This document shows, one piece after another, positions 22,689 to 31,723 of a DNA stretch of 32,000 nt; within the stretch, counting starts at the first letter, position 1, and each line of letters opens with the position of its first letter. This DNA is from Pseudoalteromonas phenolica (GTDB lineage: Bacteria > Pseudomonadota > Gammaproteobacteria > Enterobacterales > Alteromonadaceae), in assembly GCF_001444405.1 (NCBI RefSeq), contig NZ_CP013187.1:787716-819715 (forward strand). The letters are read 5' to 3'. Position numbers and translations under genes: made by a program. The notes beneath the pieces were generated by a model. It was not told the origin of the DNA. It was given only the letters and a program-made list of their open reading frames with translations, and did no database searches.

Positions 22689-22702
22689 TGTAACCGTTTA
22701 CA
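22689..22702. promoter_or_regulatory. GalR/LacI-family operator overlapping the predicted galT promoter
   Basis: TGTAACCGTTTACA has 6 of 7 symmetric pairs and the central CG typical of LacI-family sites. It is flanked by AAAA/TTTT. It lies between a candidate -35 (TTGCTA, 22676-22681) and overlaps a candidate -10 (TACATT, 22699-22704), 35 bp upstream of the galT ATG. Confidence 0.6.
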
Positions 22703-22736
22703 TTTTTTGTATACATTATCCTTTTGTGATTTAAAC

Positions 22737-23771
22737 ATGACATTTGATGCAACTGAGCACCCCCATAGGCGGTTAAATCCGCTCACCAATGAGTGGGTGC
22801 TGGTATCGCCTCATAGAGCCAAACGACCTTGGCAGGGGCAAACAGAAAAACAGCCAGTATTAGCAACTGCGTCGTACGATGAAAGCTGTTATTTGTGTGC
22901 GGGTAATACACGTATTAACGGTGAACAAAACCCTAACTACAGCCATACCTTTATATTTAACAATGACTTCGCCGCATTACAAAGTGAGCTGCCAGTTCAT
23001 CATAGCGACGACCCTTTATTTACCATGCAGTCTGAACAAGGTGAAAGTCGTGTCATTTGTTTTTCACCGGATCACAGTAAGGCATTGGCGCAGCTTTCGG
23101 TTGAGCAAATTCATAAAGTGGTGCAAACCTGGCAGGCGCAATATGCCGAACTTGGTGAAATTTATCATTGGGTGCAGGTGTTTGAAAACAAAGGCGCGAT
23201 GATGGGGTGTTCAAACCCGCACCCTCATGGACAAGTTTGGGCGCAGCAGTCTTTACCGACCTTGGTTGAAAAAAAGCAACAAGCGCAAATTCAGTATTTT
23301 ACAGAGCGAGGCGGGAATTTACTCGCCAATTATGTGGCCAGAGAAATTCAGGAACAAACACGAATAGTCGCTATTAATGATGATTGGCTGGTGGTGGTGC
23401 CATTTTGGGCGGCATGGCCGTTTGAAACCCTATTATTACCGCGCTTTTCGGTTCAGCGTATGACACAACTCACCGAGTCGCAAGGACTGAGTCTAGCAGC
23501 TATTCTATCTGAGTTGACCATTAAATATGACAATTTGTTTGAATGTGCGTTCGCTTATTCAATGGGCTGGCACGGCGCACCATTTGATGGAGAGGCTCAC
23601 CCAGAATGGACACTGCATGCAAGCTTTTTTCCGCCTTTACTTCGCTCAGCCAGTGTCCGCAAGTTTATGGTTGGCTATGAAATGTTAGCAGAACCACAAC
23701 GCGACTTAACCCCAGAGCAAGCCGCTGAACGATTAAGAACTCAGCCTTTAACGCATTATAGCGAGAAATAA
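22737..23771 (+). CDS. galT: Galactose-1-phosphate uridylyltransferase GalT
   Basis: [28 protein letters not shown] and the active-site [12 protein letters not shown] (HPH) are present. The ATG at 22737 gives the canonical N-terminus. The track start at 22707 is TTG. Confidence 0.93.
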   Translation: MTFDATEHPHRRLNPLTNEWVLVSPHRAKRPWQGQTEKQPVLATASYDESCYLCAGNTRINGEQNPNYSHTFIFNNDFAALQSELPVHHSDDPLFTMQSEQGESRVICFSPDHSKALAQLSVEQIHKVVQTWQAQYAELGEIYHWVQVFENKGAMMGCSNPHPHGQVWAQQSLPTLVEKKQQAQIQYFTERGGNLLANYVAREIQEQTRIVAINDDWLVVVPFWAAWPFETLLLPRFSVQRMTQLTESQGLSLAAILSELTIKYDNLFECAFAYSMGWHGAPFDGEAHPEWTLHASFFPPLLRSASVRKFMVGYEMLAEPQRDLTPEQAAERLRTQPLTHYSEK

Positions 23772-23773
23772 TA

Positions 23774-24919
23774 ATGTGCCGTACTGAAATGATTAAACAG
23801 GTTTTTGCTCAGCAGTTTGGCTATCAAGCCGAGCAAGTAAGCCACGCGCCTGGGCGAGTGAACTTAATAGGTGACCACACCGATTACAATTTGGGATTTG
23901 TGCTGCCCGCAGCAATTAACTTTGGCACTGATGTAGCCATCGCAAAGCGTGATGACAATACAATACGGGTATTAGCCCATGATCTAGATAATCAAATATG
24001 CGAGTTCGAGCGAACAGAACTTTTGTTTAACCCCGATTTGATGTGGGTGAATTATGTCGCTGGGGTGGTGTATGTCCTGCAAAAAGCCGGCTTTGTACTG
24101 CAAGGCACTGACATTGTCATCTCAGGTAACGTGCCGCAAGGGGCGGGGTTAAGCTCGTCGGCCAGTTTGCAAGTCGCTTTGATCAAAGCGTTTTCGGATT
24201 TATTTGAGTTGCAGATAGACGGCTTTACAGCGGCCAAGCTCGCGCAACAAGCCGAAAATGAATTTGTAGGCTGCAACTGCGGGATTATGGATCAGAGCAT
24301 TTCGGCAATGGGCGCGCATAGTCATGCCATGTTACTCGATTGCCAAGATTTAACCTTTCAAGACGCCCCCATTCCAGAAAGCTTGGCCATTGTGATTGCT
24401 AATTCAAACGTTAAACGCGGCTTAGTAGAGAGTGAATATAACCAAAGGCGCGAGCAATGTGAGCGAGTGGCCAAGCACTTTAACGCTTCAGCACTACGAG
24501 CGCTGACTTTAGCTGAATTAGAGTCAGAGCGAGCAAATTTAACTGAGCTGGACTATAAAAGAGCAAGGCATGTGATCACCGAAAATCAGCGAACTTTAGA
24601 TGCATTAGAGGCACTTAAAGCAAATAATGTCAGCCATTTAGGGCGTTTGATGAATGAGTCTCATGACTCATTAAAGAATGATTTTGCTACCAGCACAGCT
24701 GAAATGAACTGTTTAGTTGCGCTCATACAGTCACAAATTGCTGAGCAAGGTGGTGCGCGAATGACAGGCGGCGGCTTTGGTGGTTGCGTGGTGGCTGTGA
24801 TGCCAAAAACCTTGGTTGAAGCAGTAACTCAGGCTGTTAAAGCCGAGTACCATAAACAGACTGGGTTAAGAGCCGATGTGTATGTGTGCGAAGCCGTGCA
24901 AGGGGCTTTTAGAGCTTAG
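23774..24919 (+). CDS. galK: Galactokinase GalK
   Basis: The GHMP kinase motifs are present: APGRVNLIGDHTDYN, PQGAGLSSSASL and GARMTGGGFGGC. The start is 2 nt after the galT stop. An alternative ATG lies at 23789. Confidence 0.93.
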   Translation: MCRTEMIKQVFAQQFGYQAEQVSHAPGRVNLIGDHTDYNLGFVLPAAINFGTDVAIAKRDDNTIRVLAHDLDNQICEFERTELLFNPDLMWVNYVAGVVYVLQKAGFVLQGTDIVISGNVPQGAGLSSSASLQVALIKAFSDLFELQIDGFTAAKLAQQAENEFVGCNCGIMDQSISAMGAHSHAMLLDCQDLTFQDAPIPESLAIVIANSNVKRGLVESEYNQRREQCERVAKHFNASALRALTLAELESERANLTELDYKRARHVITENQRTLDALEALKANNVSHLGRLMNESHDSLKNDFATSTAEMNCLVALIQSQIAEQGGARMTGGGFGGCVVAVMPKTLVEAVTQAVKAEYHKQTGLRADVYVCEAVQGAFRA

Positions 24920-24963
24920 TCAATATAACCCTAGTAATTAGAAAAAGAATAACGAGGAACATC

Positions 24964-26547
24964 ATGAATATCAGTTTACACAGTACAGATATCGCTGTTT
25001 TTAGCGCTTATGTACTCGGCTTGCTGGCGATTGCGCTATGGATCTCCCGCAGCGAGAAAAAAGAAGGTGCCAATACCGAAGATTACTTTTTAGCCTCTAA
25101 AGCATTACCTTGGTGGGCGATAGGCGCGTCATTGATTGCGTCCAATATTTCGGCCGAGCAGATAATAGGTATGTCTGGCTCTGGATATGCCATGGGATTG
25201 GCGATTGCATCTTATGAATGGATGGCGGCGATCACGCTTATTTTAGTCGGTAAATACATGCTACCGATATTCTTAAAACAGCAAATTTATACCATGCCGC
25301 AGTATTTAGCTCAGCGTTACGATGACCGTGTAAAAACCACCATGGCGGTGTTTTGGTTGGCCGTCTACGTGTTTGTGAATTTAACCGCGGTGCTATGGCT
25401 TGGCGGCCTTGCGATTGAAACTGTCGCTGGGGTTGATGCTCTGTATGGCATGATGTTTTTAGTGGTATTTTCGGTGGCATATTCACTTTATGGCGGCTTA
25501 AAAGCCGTGGCCTTTACCGATATTTTGCAAGTCACCCTGCTGGTATTTGGCGGCTTATTCTTAAGTTATTTAGCGCTGGATGCGGTATCTGATGGACAAG
25601 GTGTGTTAGCTGGTTTTGGTGTTTTAACCGAACAAGTGCCTACGCATTTTGACATGATCTTGTCACCTGATAACGCACATTATATGAGCTTACCTGGACT
25701 GTCGGTATTAATTGGCGGCATGTGGGTCATGAACTTTAGTTATTGGGGTTTTAATCAATACATTATTCAAAGAGCACTGGCGGCGAAAGATTTAAACGAA
25801 GCACAAAAAGGCATTGCCTTTGCGGCGTACTTAAAATTATTGATGCCCTTGATTGTGGTACTGCCGGGCATTGCTGCTGTGGTGTTATATCCTAATTTAA
25901 CCGCCCCAGATAAAGCTTATCCGTCAATGATGTCATTGATGCCTGTGGGTATTAAAGGCTTGGTATTTGCTGCGTTAGTGGCGGCGATTGTGTCGTCTTT
26001 AGCGTCTATGACCAACAGTATTTCGACTATTTTCACCATGGATATTTATAAAAAACTCCATGCTGAAAAAAGCCAATCTCATTACGTGAATGTTGGGCGC
26101 GTCACGGCTTTGTTGGCTTTAATAGTGGCACTGTTAGTTGCAAAGCCACTGTTGGGTCAATTTGAGCAGGCTTTCCAGTACATTCAAGAATTCACCGGGT
26201 TCTTTACCCCGGGTATTGTGGTGATCTTCGTGATGGGCATGTTCTACAAAGGCACAACTGCCAATGGTGCGCTGGCTGCGGCGTTTGGCTCTGCGCTGTT
26301 CTCATTAAGCTTGAAGTTTGCCATGCCAAGCTTACCTTTCATGGACCGTGTGGGGTTAGTGTTTATGTTGTGTTTACTGCTGTGCTTTGTGGTTTCAAAG
26401 CTGTTTAAAGCACATGAGCGTGACTCTGAAGGTACTTCAGAGTGCGTGCAACTCAGTGATGTTAGTTTTGTAACTAAAACGGGCTTCAATGTGGCCGCTT
26501 TGGGTGTGGTGGTGATCTTAATCGCTCTCTACGCTACTTGGTGGTAA
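24964..26547 (+). CDS. sglT: Sodium/galactose(glucose) symporter, SSS family (vSGLT ortholog)
   Basis: The protein is colinear with what I recall of Vibrio parahaemolyticus vSGLT (EDYFLA.K.LPWWA.GASLIA.NISAEQ.IGMSGSGY..GLAIASYEWM.AITLI.VGKY.LPIF, WGFNQYIIQR.LAAK...EAQKGI.FAA.LKL, FAAL.AAIVSSLASM.NS..TIFTMDIYK). A GAGGA RBS is present. Confidence 0.9.
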   Translation: MNISLHSTDIAVFSAYVLGLLAIALWISRSEKKEGANTEDYFLASKALPWWAIGASLIASNISAEQIIGMSGSGYAMGLAIASYEWMAAITLILVGKYMLPIFLKQQIYTMPQYLAQRYDDRVKTTMAVFWLAVYVFVNLTAVLWLGGLAIETVAGVDALYGMMFLVVFSVAYSLYGGLKAVAFTDILQVTLLVFGGLFLSYLALDAVSDGQGVLAGFGVLTEQVPTHFDMILSPDNAHYMSLPGLSVLIGGMWVMNFSYWGFNQYIIQRALAAKDLNEAQKGIAFAAYLKLLMPLIVVLPGIAAVVLYPNLTAPDKAYPSMMSLMPVGIKGLVFAALVAAIVSSLASMTNSISTIFTMDIYKKLHAEKSQSHYVNVGRVTALLALIVALLVAKPLLGQFEQAFQYIQEFTGFFTPGIVVIFVMGMFYKGTTANGALAAAFGSALFSLSLKFAMPSLPFMDRVGLVFMLCLLLCFVVSKLFKAHERDSEGTSECVQLSDVSFVTKTGFNVAALGVVVILIALYATWW

Positions 26548-26562
26548 TCGTCATTTCTTTTT

Positions 26563-26610
26563 AAACAGCAGGTATGTCACTTTTAAGTGAAGTACCTGCT
26601 GTTTTCTTTA
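26563..26610 (+). terminator. Strong hairpin plus T-rich tail between sglT and galM
   Basis: AAACAGCAGGTA (26563-26574) pairs with TACCTGCTGTTT (26593-26604) to form a 12-bp perfect stem with an 18-nt loop, followed by TCTTTAT. Confidence 0.65.
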
Positions 26611-26623
26611 TACACGTTAACTC

Positions 26624-27580
26624 ATGAAACAAACTTTAATTACCCTCAAAAATAACAATGGCATGCAGGTTGTGGTATCTGACTTTGGTGCTCGTTTGTG
26701 TTCTATTATTTTCCCGACATGTCATGGGTCAAAAGAAATGCTCATGCGCTATCAAAATGAAAGTCAGTTTGTTGATGACCCATTTTATGTCGGCGCTATT
26801 TGCGGGCGAGTTGCAAACCGAATTGGTCGAGGCCGTTTTAGTTATGATGGGCACACTTATCAATATTCTCAAAATGATGGCGAGCATTGTTTGCATGGCG
26901 GAGCGCAGAGTATTGATAAGCGGTTTTGGTACATCGCTGAAAAATCGCATTCATCAGTGACGCTGACGCTAAGATCAGAGGATGGCGATAATGGCTTTGC
27001 AGGTAATGTGAATATTCAAGTCATCTATCGTCTTTCTGAAGACAACAAACTCGAAATCGAGATTTGTGCAAATACAGATAAAACCACACCGCTTAATTTA
27101 ACCAACCATGCTTATTTTAACCTAGCAGAGCGCTCTACTTTAGATCTAGAGCTGTGTATTGATGCTGAATTAGTGTTAGAAAAAGATGCGGACAATATTC
27201 CAACCGGCAAACAACTTGAGGTCGATAACAGCGAGTTATTGACCTCAAAATTTGATTTTCGCGAGCCAAAACCGTTGCAGCAGGTTGATGGTCTAGATCA
27301 TTATTTTGTGTTTCACAAAGCGATTCAAGGTATGAGATTAGTGGCGCAACTGGTATCAAAAAATAATAGCGTGCGGATGAGTGTTTTTAGCGACCAAAAT
27401 GGCCTGCAATGCTATATGGGGGGATTTCTATCAGCTCCATTTACGCCGTACTCAGGCGTATGTTTAGAGCTACATAATTTCCCTGATGCATTAAATCATG
27501 AGCAGTTTGATAGCATTCTAGTTCAGCCTGAACAGCAATATAAAAACACTATGATATTGAGTTTTACTGAACTTGATTGA
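26624..27580 (+). CDS. galM: Aldose 1-epimerase (galactose mutarotase) GalM, short form
   Basis: Mutarotase motifs are present: GRVANRI, CLHGG...DKRFW and NLTNHAYFNL. Confidence 0.85.
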   Translation: MKQTLITLKNNNGMQVVVSDFGARLCSIIFPTCHGSKEMLMRYQNESQFVDDPFYVGAICGRVANRIGRGRFSYDGHTYQYSQNDGEHCLHGGAQSIDKRFWYIAEKSHSSVTLTLRSEDGDNGFAGNVNIQVIYRLSEDNKLEIEICANTDKTTPLNLTNHAYFNLAERSTLDLELCIDAELVLEKDADNIPTGKQLEVDNSELLTSKFDFREPKPLQQVDGLDHYFVFHKAIQGMRLVAQLVSKNNSVRMSVFSDQNGLQCYMGGFLSAPFTPYSGVCLELHNFPDALNHEQFDSILVQPEQQYKNTMILSFTELD

Positions 27581-27638
27581 CTTTGATACTTTTTAAAAGC
27601 CAATCAATAGTAATGTTTTGAAGCTAATTATATGCAGT

Positions 27639-28190
27639 TTAAGACTTATGGCAGTTAGCTAAAAGTTGCTGCCAGAATGCTTCGCCTTTGCGTCGAGCTA
27701 AACGGATATTGTTTTCAGGAATGCTTTCTGGGTCGTCGTAATTAGCCAGTGCTTCGGCCATGCTTTCCTCACGAATAAGATGCAGTGTTGGGTAAGGTGC
27801 ACGGTTGGTGTAATTGGCAGCATCGCCCGATTCACTGTCGGCAAACTCATAGTCTGGGTGGAAGTGAGCGATTTGATATTTACCCTCATAGCCTTGTGCA
27901 GCTAGAAGTGCGTTAGCTAGGTCGACTAAGTCTAAGTAACTATCAAAATCTTTAAACCCTTCAGCAAAAATAAGTAGGGTGGTTTCTACTTCTGGATGCG
28001 CGTCTAAATGAGCCAGTTGTTCAAGCATGGTCATCACTGCGTCTTCGTGTTTTTCATCATCAGAGACAATATAAGCGATGGTATTTGCTTCGACTTCTTT
28101 GCGAGCAAATGGACAAAAGTTAAATTTTACAATGACGCTTTTAACCCAGTTTTGCATTGCTTGGGTAATTAAGGTGTGTTCAGTTGTCAT
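27639..28190 (-). CDS. Conserved acidic protein of unknown function (DUF1415-like), co-transcribed downstream of waaA
   Basis: The 183-aa protein has an N-terminal W..S.I.KFNFCPFA motif, which I associate with DUF1415. The family call comes from memory only. The start is 18 nt after the waaA stop. Confidence 0.6.
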   Translation of the reverse strand: MTTEHTLITQAMQNWVKSVIVKFNFCPFARKEVEANTIAYIVSDDEKHEDAVMTMLEQLAHLDAHPEVETTLLIFAEGFKDFDSYLDLVDLANALLAAQGYEGKYQIAHFHPDYEFADSESGDAANYTNRAPYPTLHLIREESMAEALANYDDPESIPENNIRLARRKGEAFWQQLLANCHKS

Positions 28191-28208
28191 AAAATATTGC
28201 TCGATTAA

Positions 28209-29465
28209 TTAAGAAAGATGTGTGCTGATTAAGTTAACGGTTTTGGCTATCGCGCCTTGATTTTTTTGTAAGCAGGCAAGGGCATTCGCTCCGAGTTCTG
28301 CACAATCACTTGGGCTGCTGAAAAGTCTATTTATTTGCTCCGTCAATTCGTTACTAGAATGCACGGTAATACAGCCTTGATGCGCCGCTAAATCAGGGTA
28401 AATATGAGCAAAGTTATAGACATGAGGGCCTGTCAAAGTGCCTACTGAAAATGCCGCCGCTTCTAATGGGTTGTGACCACCGCGTTCAATTAAACTGCCA
28501 CCGATGTAGGCAATGTTTGCGCTGCCAAACAAGTATTTTAGTTCGCCTAAGGTATCAGCTAATAGGACTTGGCTGTTCGGGTTAAACTCCCCTGAGCGCT
28601 TAGAAAACGACAAGTTTGATTCTTTGAGAAGTTCTGCAACTTTTATAAATTGCTCAGGGTGTCGAGGTGCAATAATCAGTAGCGCATCAGGGTGGGTTGC
28701 AAGCACTTGTTGATGGGCCGCTAGAACTTGCTCATGTTCACCTGGGTGGGTTGAACCGGCAACCCAGACTTTGCTGCGATTGAAGCATTTTTTAAATTCA
28801 GCGACGGTCGATTTGGCAGCTTCATCGATTTGAATATCGAACTTAATTGAGCCTGTTACTGTGACTTTATCTTTATTGAGCCCTAGCTGTAAGAAGCGCT
28901 TAGCATCTTCTTCGTTATGACTCGCTAAAGTCGTTATGTGGTTCATGATGCCATTGGCAAGCGGTAGTACTTTTTGATAGCCCTGTAGTGACTTTTCTGA
29001 CAGGCGAGCATTAACAACATTGACTGCAATATTTTTCGCATGGGCTGCGGCAAATAAATTTGGCCAAAGCTCAGTTTCAAGTACCACAAGCTGCACTGGA
29101 GTCAATGTCTTTAAAAAGCGTTTACTAGCACCCCAAAAGTCGATGGGTAAATAACAATGTGGTGTATCGGGCAGGCTATTTTTTATTTGCGCACGACCTG
29201 TAGGGGTATTGCTGGTAACGATAATCGCTTGGTTTGGGTTTTTAGTTTTGAACGCTTTAATAAGCGGCGCAGCTGCCAACACTTCACCGACAGAAGCACA
29301 GTGAAACACAACCGCGTTCTTAGGCAATTTTTTTAAACTTAAAGCAAATCGCTCGGTAAAAAAGTCACGGTAGCCCGCATTTTTCTTGCCTCGAATTACA
29401 TAAAGGTAAAACACAATGAGAGGGCTGAGTGCGTATAAAAACAAGGAATATAAAAAGCGCGCCAT
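28209..29465 (-). CDS. waaA: 3-deoxy-D-manno-octulosonic acid (Kdo) transferase WaaA/KdtA
   Basis: The protein is colinear with E. coli WaaA (HCASVGE..AA.PLI, TPTG, ETELWPNL, NARLSEKS, VTGS.KFD, PRHPE.F, ADT.GEL..L...A..A..GGSL.ERGGHNPLEAAA). I prefer the ATG at 29465. The track start at 29471 is TTG. Confidence 0.92.
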   Translation of the reverse strand: MARFLYSLFLYALSPLIVFYLYVIRGKKNAGYRDFFTERFALSLKKLPKNAVVFHCASVGEVLAAAPLIKAFKTKNPNQAIIVTSNTPTGRAQIKNSLPDTPHCYLPIDFWGASKRFLKTLTPVQLVVLETELWPNLFAAAHAKNIAVNVVNARLSEKSLQGYQKVLPLANGIMNHITTLASHNEEDAKRFLQLGLNKDKVTVTGSIKFDIQIDEAAKSTVAEFKKCFNRSKVWVAGSTHPGEHEQVLAAHQQVLATHPDALLIIAPRHPEQFIKVAELLKESNLSFSKRSGEFNPNSQVLLADTLGELKYLFGSANIAYIGGSLIERGGHNPLEAAAFSVGTLTGPHVYNFAHIYPDLAAHQGCITVHSSNELTEQINRLFSSPSDCAELGANALACLQKNQGAIAKTVNLISTHLS

Positions 29466-29618
29466 AACCAACCGTTATTATTGAAGTATGTAAACAACCG
29501 CCATTTTAACCCGCTCAATCGTTTATGAAAACGAATTAACAAATTTAAACAGTTTAGGGTCGTGCTCCTGTTTATTGAATTTGTTACTATGGCAAGTTCA
29601 TTAGAGAAGAATTGAATT

Positions 29619-31067
29619 ATGAAGTTAAAGCTATTTTCAACCTTATTTGCTGCGGCTTTGGGTATCGCAGGTCAGGCGATGGCTGCGCCAACTGCGTATT
29701 TACCTCTGGGTAAGCACCCTGTACTAGAGCATCAAATTGACAGAATGTTTGCCATCTCAACAGGCACGCCTATGGCGAAGCCGTACCGCATTTATGATGT
29801 GCAAATTGCCCTTAGACAAATAAAACAATCAAACCCAGACCTGCACGCGCAGATTTTATCAGGTATTAAACCTTATATGAGTCGTGATGCAGTCACACGC
29901 ATGGGCGTAAAGCTCAGAGCAGATTCTGGCGCTGAAATAAAGCTGGCCAACGACCGTAGCAACAGCTCAAGTGAGTATGCTGAAGTGTCTTTTGACGGTA
30001 TTTGGCGCGGTGGTGAACATAGTTTAATGCAACTAGGCGCAGAGTATCGTGTTGAGCAAGGTAAGTTGGTGGCTTATAACAGCTTCTATGCGTTAGGTGG
30101 TGATAATTTACAGCTGAATTTAGGCTACAAAGAGCATTGGTTCTCGCCGTTTAAAACATTTGCGCAAGTTTACTCTAACAACGCGCAAGCGCCTTTGTCT
30201 ATTTCATTGGGTTTAAACGCGCCATTACAGAATTGGTGGAATTTTGATTTTGAGCTTTTTTATGCAAAAGCTGAGCATGTTGAAAACGGCATTTTATATA
30301 AAGATACTTTACACAGTGGTACGCCTAAGTTAGCAGGCACACATTTGTCTATTGAGCCTATTGAAGGCTGGAAGATCGGGGCTAATCGAATGATGCAATT
30401 TGGTGGCGGTCCAAGAAAAGTATCAACGAAAGATGTTTTTAAAGCCTACTTCGACCCAGCAGGGAATGATAATTCGGCGCTTACTGGTGGTGCAGATAAT
30501 GAACTTGGCGATCAATGGGCTTCAATCACTTCGACAATAAGAACGAATTGGTTTACTCCAATTGAGTGGTATTTTGAGCATGCTGGGGAAGATACCAAGT
30601 ACCATCGAAACTACCAGTTAGGGAATACGGCAAATAGTTTTGGTATTTTTATTCCTGAAATGACAGATCGTCTTGCATTTAGATATGAATATACAAAGCT
30701 AAATACATTTTGGTATGTAAATTATATCTACCCTGGTATCGGAAATTCTTTTAACGGTTCGGTCGTTGGCCACTTCGCAGCTGATAGAAGAAAATTTAAA
30801 GATGCAATTCCGAGCGGTATTCACTCTATTGAAGGCGATGTTTTCTTAGCAGAAGGTCATTGGAAAGTGAAATATTCTCTAATAAGAAATGCGAGTAATC
30901 ATATCAATGAATTTGGCGATGTGGGTGGCAAATATGAAACTTCACATGAACTTCAACTAATTAATAATCGAGCCTATGACGACAAGCGCCTAGAAACCAC
31001 ACTCACCTTAGGTAAAGACGTATTTGGTGAAAACTATACTTGGTTAGCGGTCAATGTATACTGGTAG
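29619..31067 (+). CDS. wzi: Outer-membrane beta-barrel protein, capsule assembly Wzi-family-like
   Basis: The signal peptide ends in GQAMA-AP. The central block IGANRMMQFGGGPRKVS....F........N.......NELGDQ.AS......W..PIEWYFEHAGEDT parallels E. coli/Klebsiella Wzi (LGASRIMQWGGEGRPQSF...DNEPGNQLAGFD...FYGQMVGEDE). The C-terminus ends in aromatic residues, as is typical of OM barrels. Confidence 0.55.
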   Translation: MKLKLFSTLFAAALGIAGQAMAAPTAYLPLGKHPVLEHQIDRMFAISTGTPMAKPYRIYDVQIALRQIKQSNPDLHAQILSGIKPYMSRDAVTRMGVKLRADSGAEIKLANDRSNSSSEYAEVSFDGIWRGGEHSLMQLGAEYRVEQGKLVAYNSFYALGGDNLQLNLGYKEHWFSPFKTFAQVYSNNAQAPLSISLGLNAPLQNWWNFDFELFYAKAEHVENGILYKDTLHSGTPKLAGTHLSIEPIEGWKIGANRMMQFGGGPRKVSTKDVFKAYFDPAGNDNSALTGGADNELGDQWASITSTIRTNWFTPIEWYFEHAGEDTKYHRNYQLGNTANSFGIFIPEMTDRLAFRYEYTKLNTFWYVNYIYPGIGNSFNGSVVGHFAADRRKFKDAIPSGIHSIEGDVFLAEGHWKVKYSLIRNASNHINEFGDVGGKYETSHELQLINNRAYDDKRLETTLTLGKDVFGENYTWLAVNVYW

Positions 31068-31120
31068 ACCAGTGGTAAGACAATAGATTTTTGACAACAG
31101 CGGGAAAAGTAGGAACGCAC

Positions 31121-31723
31121 ATGTCGCAAGATATTAAAAAAGACAACATGCTTGAAAACAGTTTTTTAGCAAGCCTTGAGCGCCACAGAGCGCTGTTTGC
31201 AACAGTAGATAAATACCAAAGTGAAGCAATGCAGCTTTTAACTGCTTGTCAAAAAGCGCTTAAATCAGGTGGTAAAGTAATTTGGTGTGGTAATGGCGGC
31301 AGCGCGGCAGATGCACAGCATTTAGCGGCTGAGTTTGTTGTACGTTATAAATTAGAGCGTGGTCCTTTAGCGTCGATTGCCTTAACCACAGATACCTCTA
31401 TTTTAACCGCGCACTCAAACGACTATCACTTCGACACGGTTTTTGAACGCCAGATCCAAGCATTGTGTAAACCTGAAGATGTTGTAATCGGTTTAACGAC
31501 CTCTGGGACGAGTCCAAACATTAATTTAGCGCTTCAAGCTGCAAATGAGATTGGCGCATACTCGGTAGCGCTAACAGGTCGCGAAGGTGGTTTAGTCAAA
31601 GATATCGCTAAACTGCCTATTATCATTGCCAATGATGAAACCGCGCGTATTCAAGAAGCGCACATGTTTATCGGTCACTGGTTATGTGAAGCAATCGATT
31701 TAGCAATTGAGAAAGGCGAATAA
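31121..31723 (+). CDS. gmhA: Phosphoheptose isomerase GmhA (SIS domain)
   Basis: [33 protein letters not shown] and RIQEAH match GmhA. I prefer the ATG at 31121 over the TTG track start at 31091. Confidence 0.88.
   Translation: MSQDIKKDNMLENSFLASLERHRALFATVDKYQSEAMQLLTACQKALKSGGKVIWCGNGGSAADAQHLAAEFVVRYKLERGPLASIALTTDTSILTAHSNDYHFDTVFERQIQALCKPEDVVIGLTTSGTSPNINLALQAANEIGAYSVALTGREGGLVKDIAKLPIIIANDETARIQEAHMFIGHWLCEAIDLAIEKGE

Noticed and set aside
22879-23202. ORF 22879..23202(+), and similarly 26658..26960(+), 26729..26950(-) and 27135..27359(-)
   Set aside because: These are alternative frames inside galT and galM, whose own frames carry the diagnostic HPH and mutarotase motifs.
29495-29502. 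The reverse strand reads GGCGGTTG, which resembles the RfaH ops element GGCGGTAG, about 30 nt upstream of waaA
   Set aside because: There is one mismatch in an 8-mer whose function is sequence-strict. No JUMPstart context is recognisable. As far as I know, waaA is not part of the RfaH-dependent operon in E. coli. It is probably a chance match.
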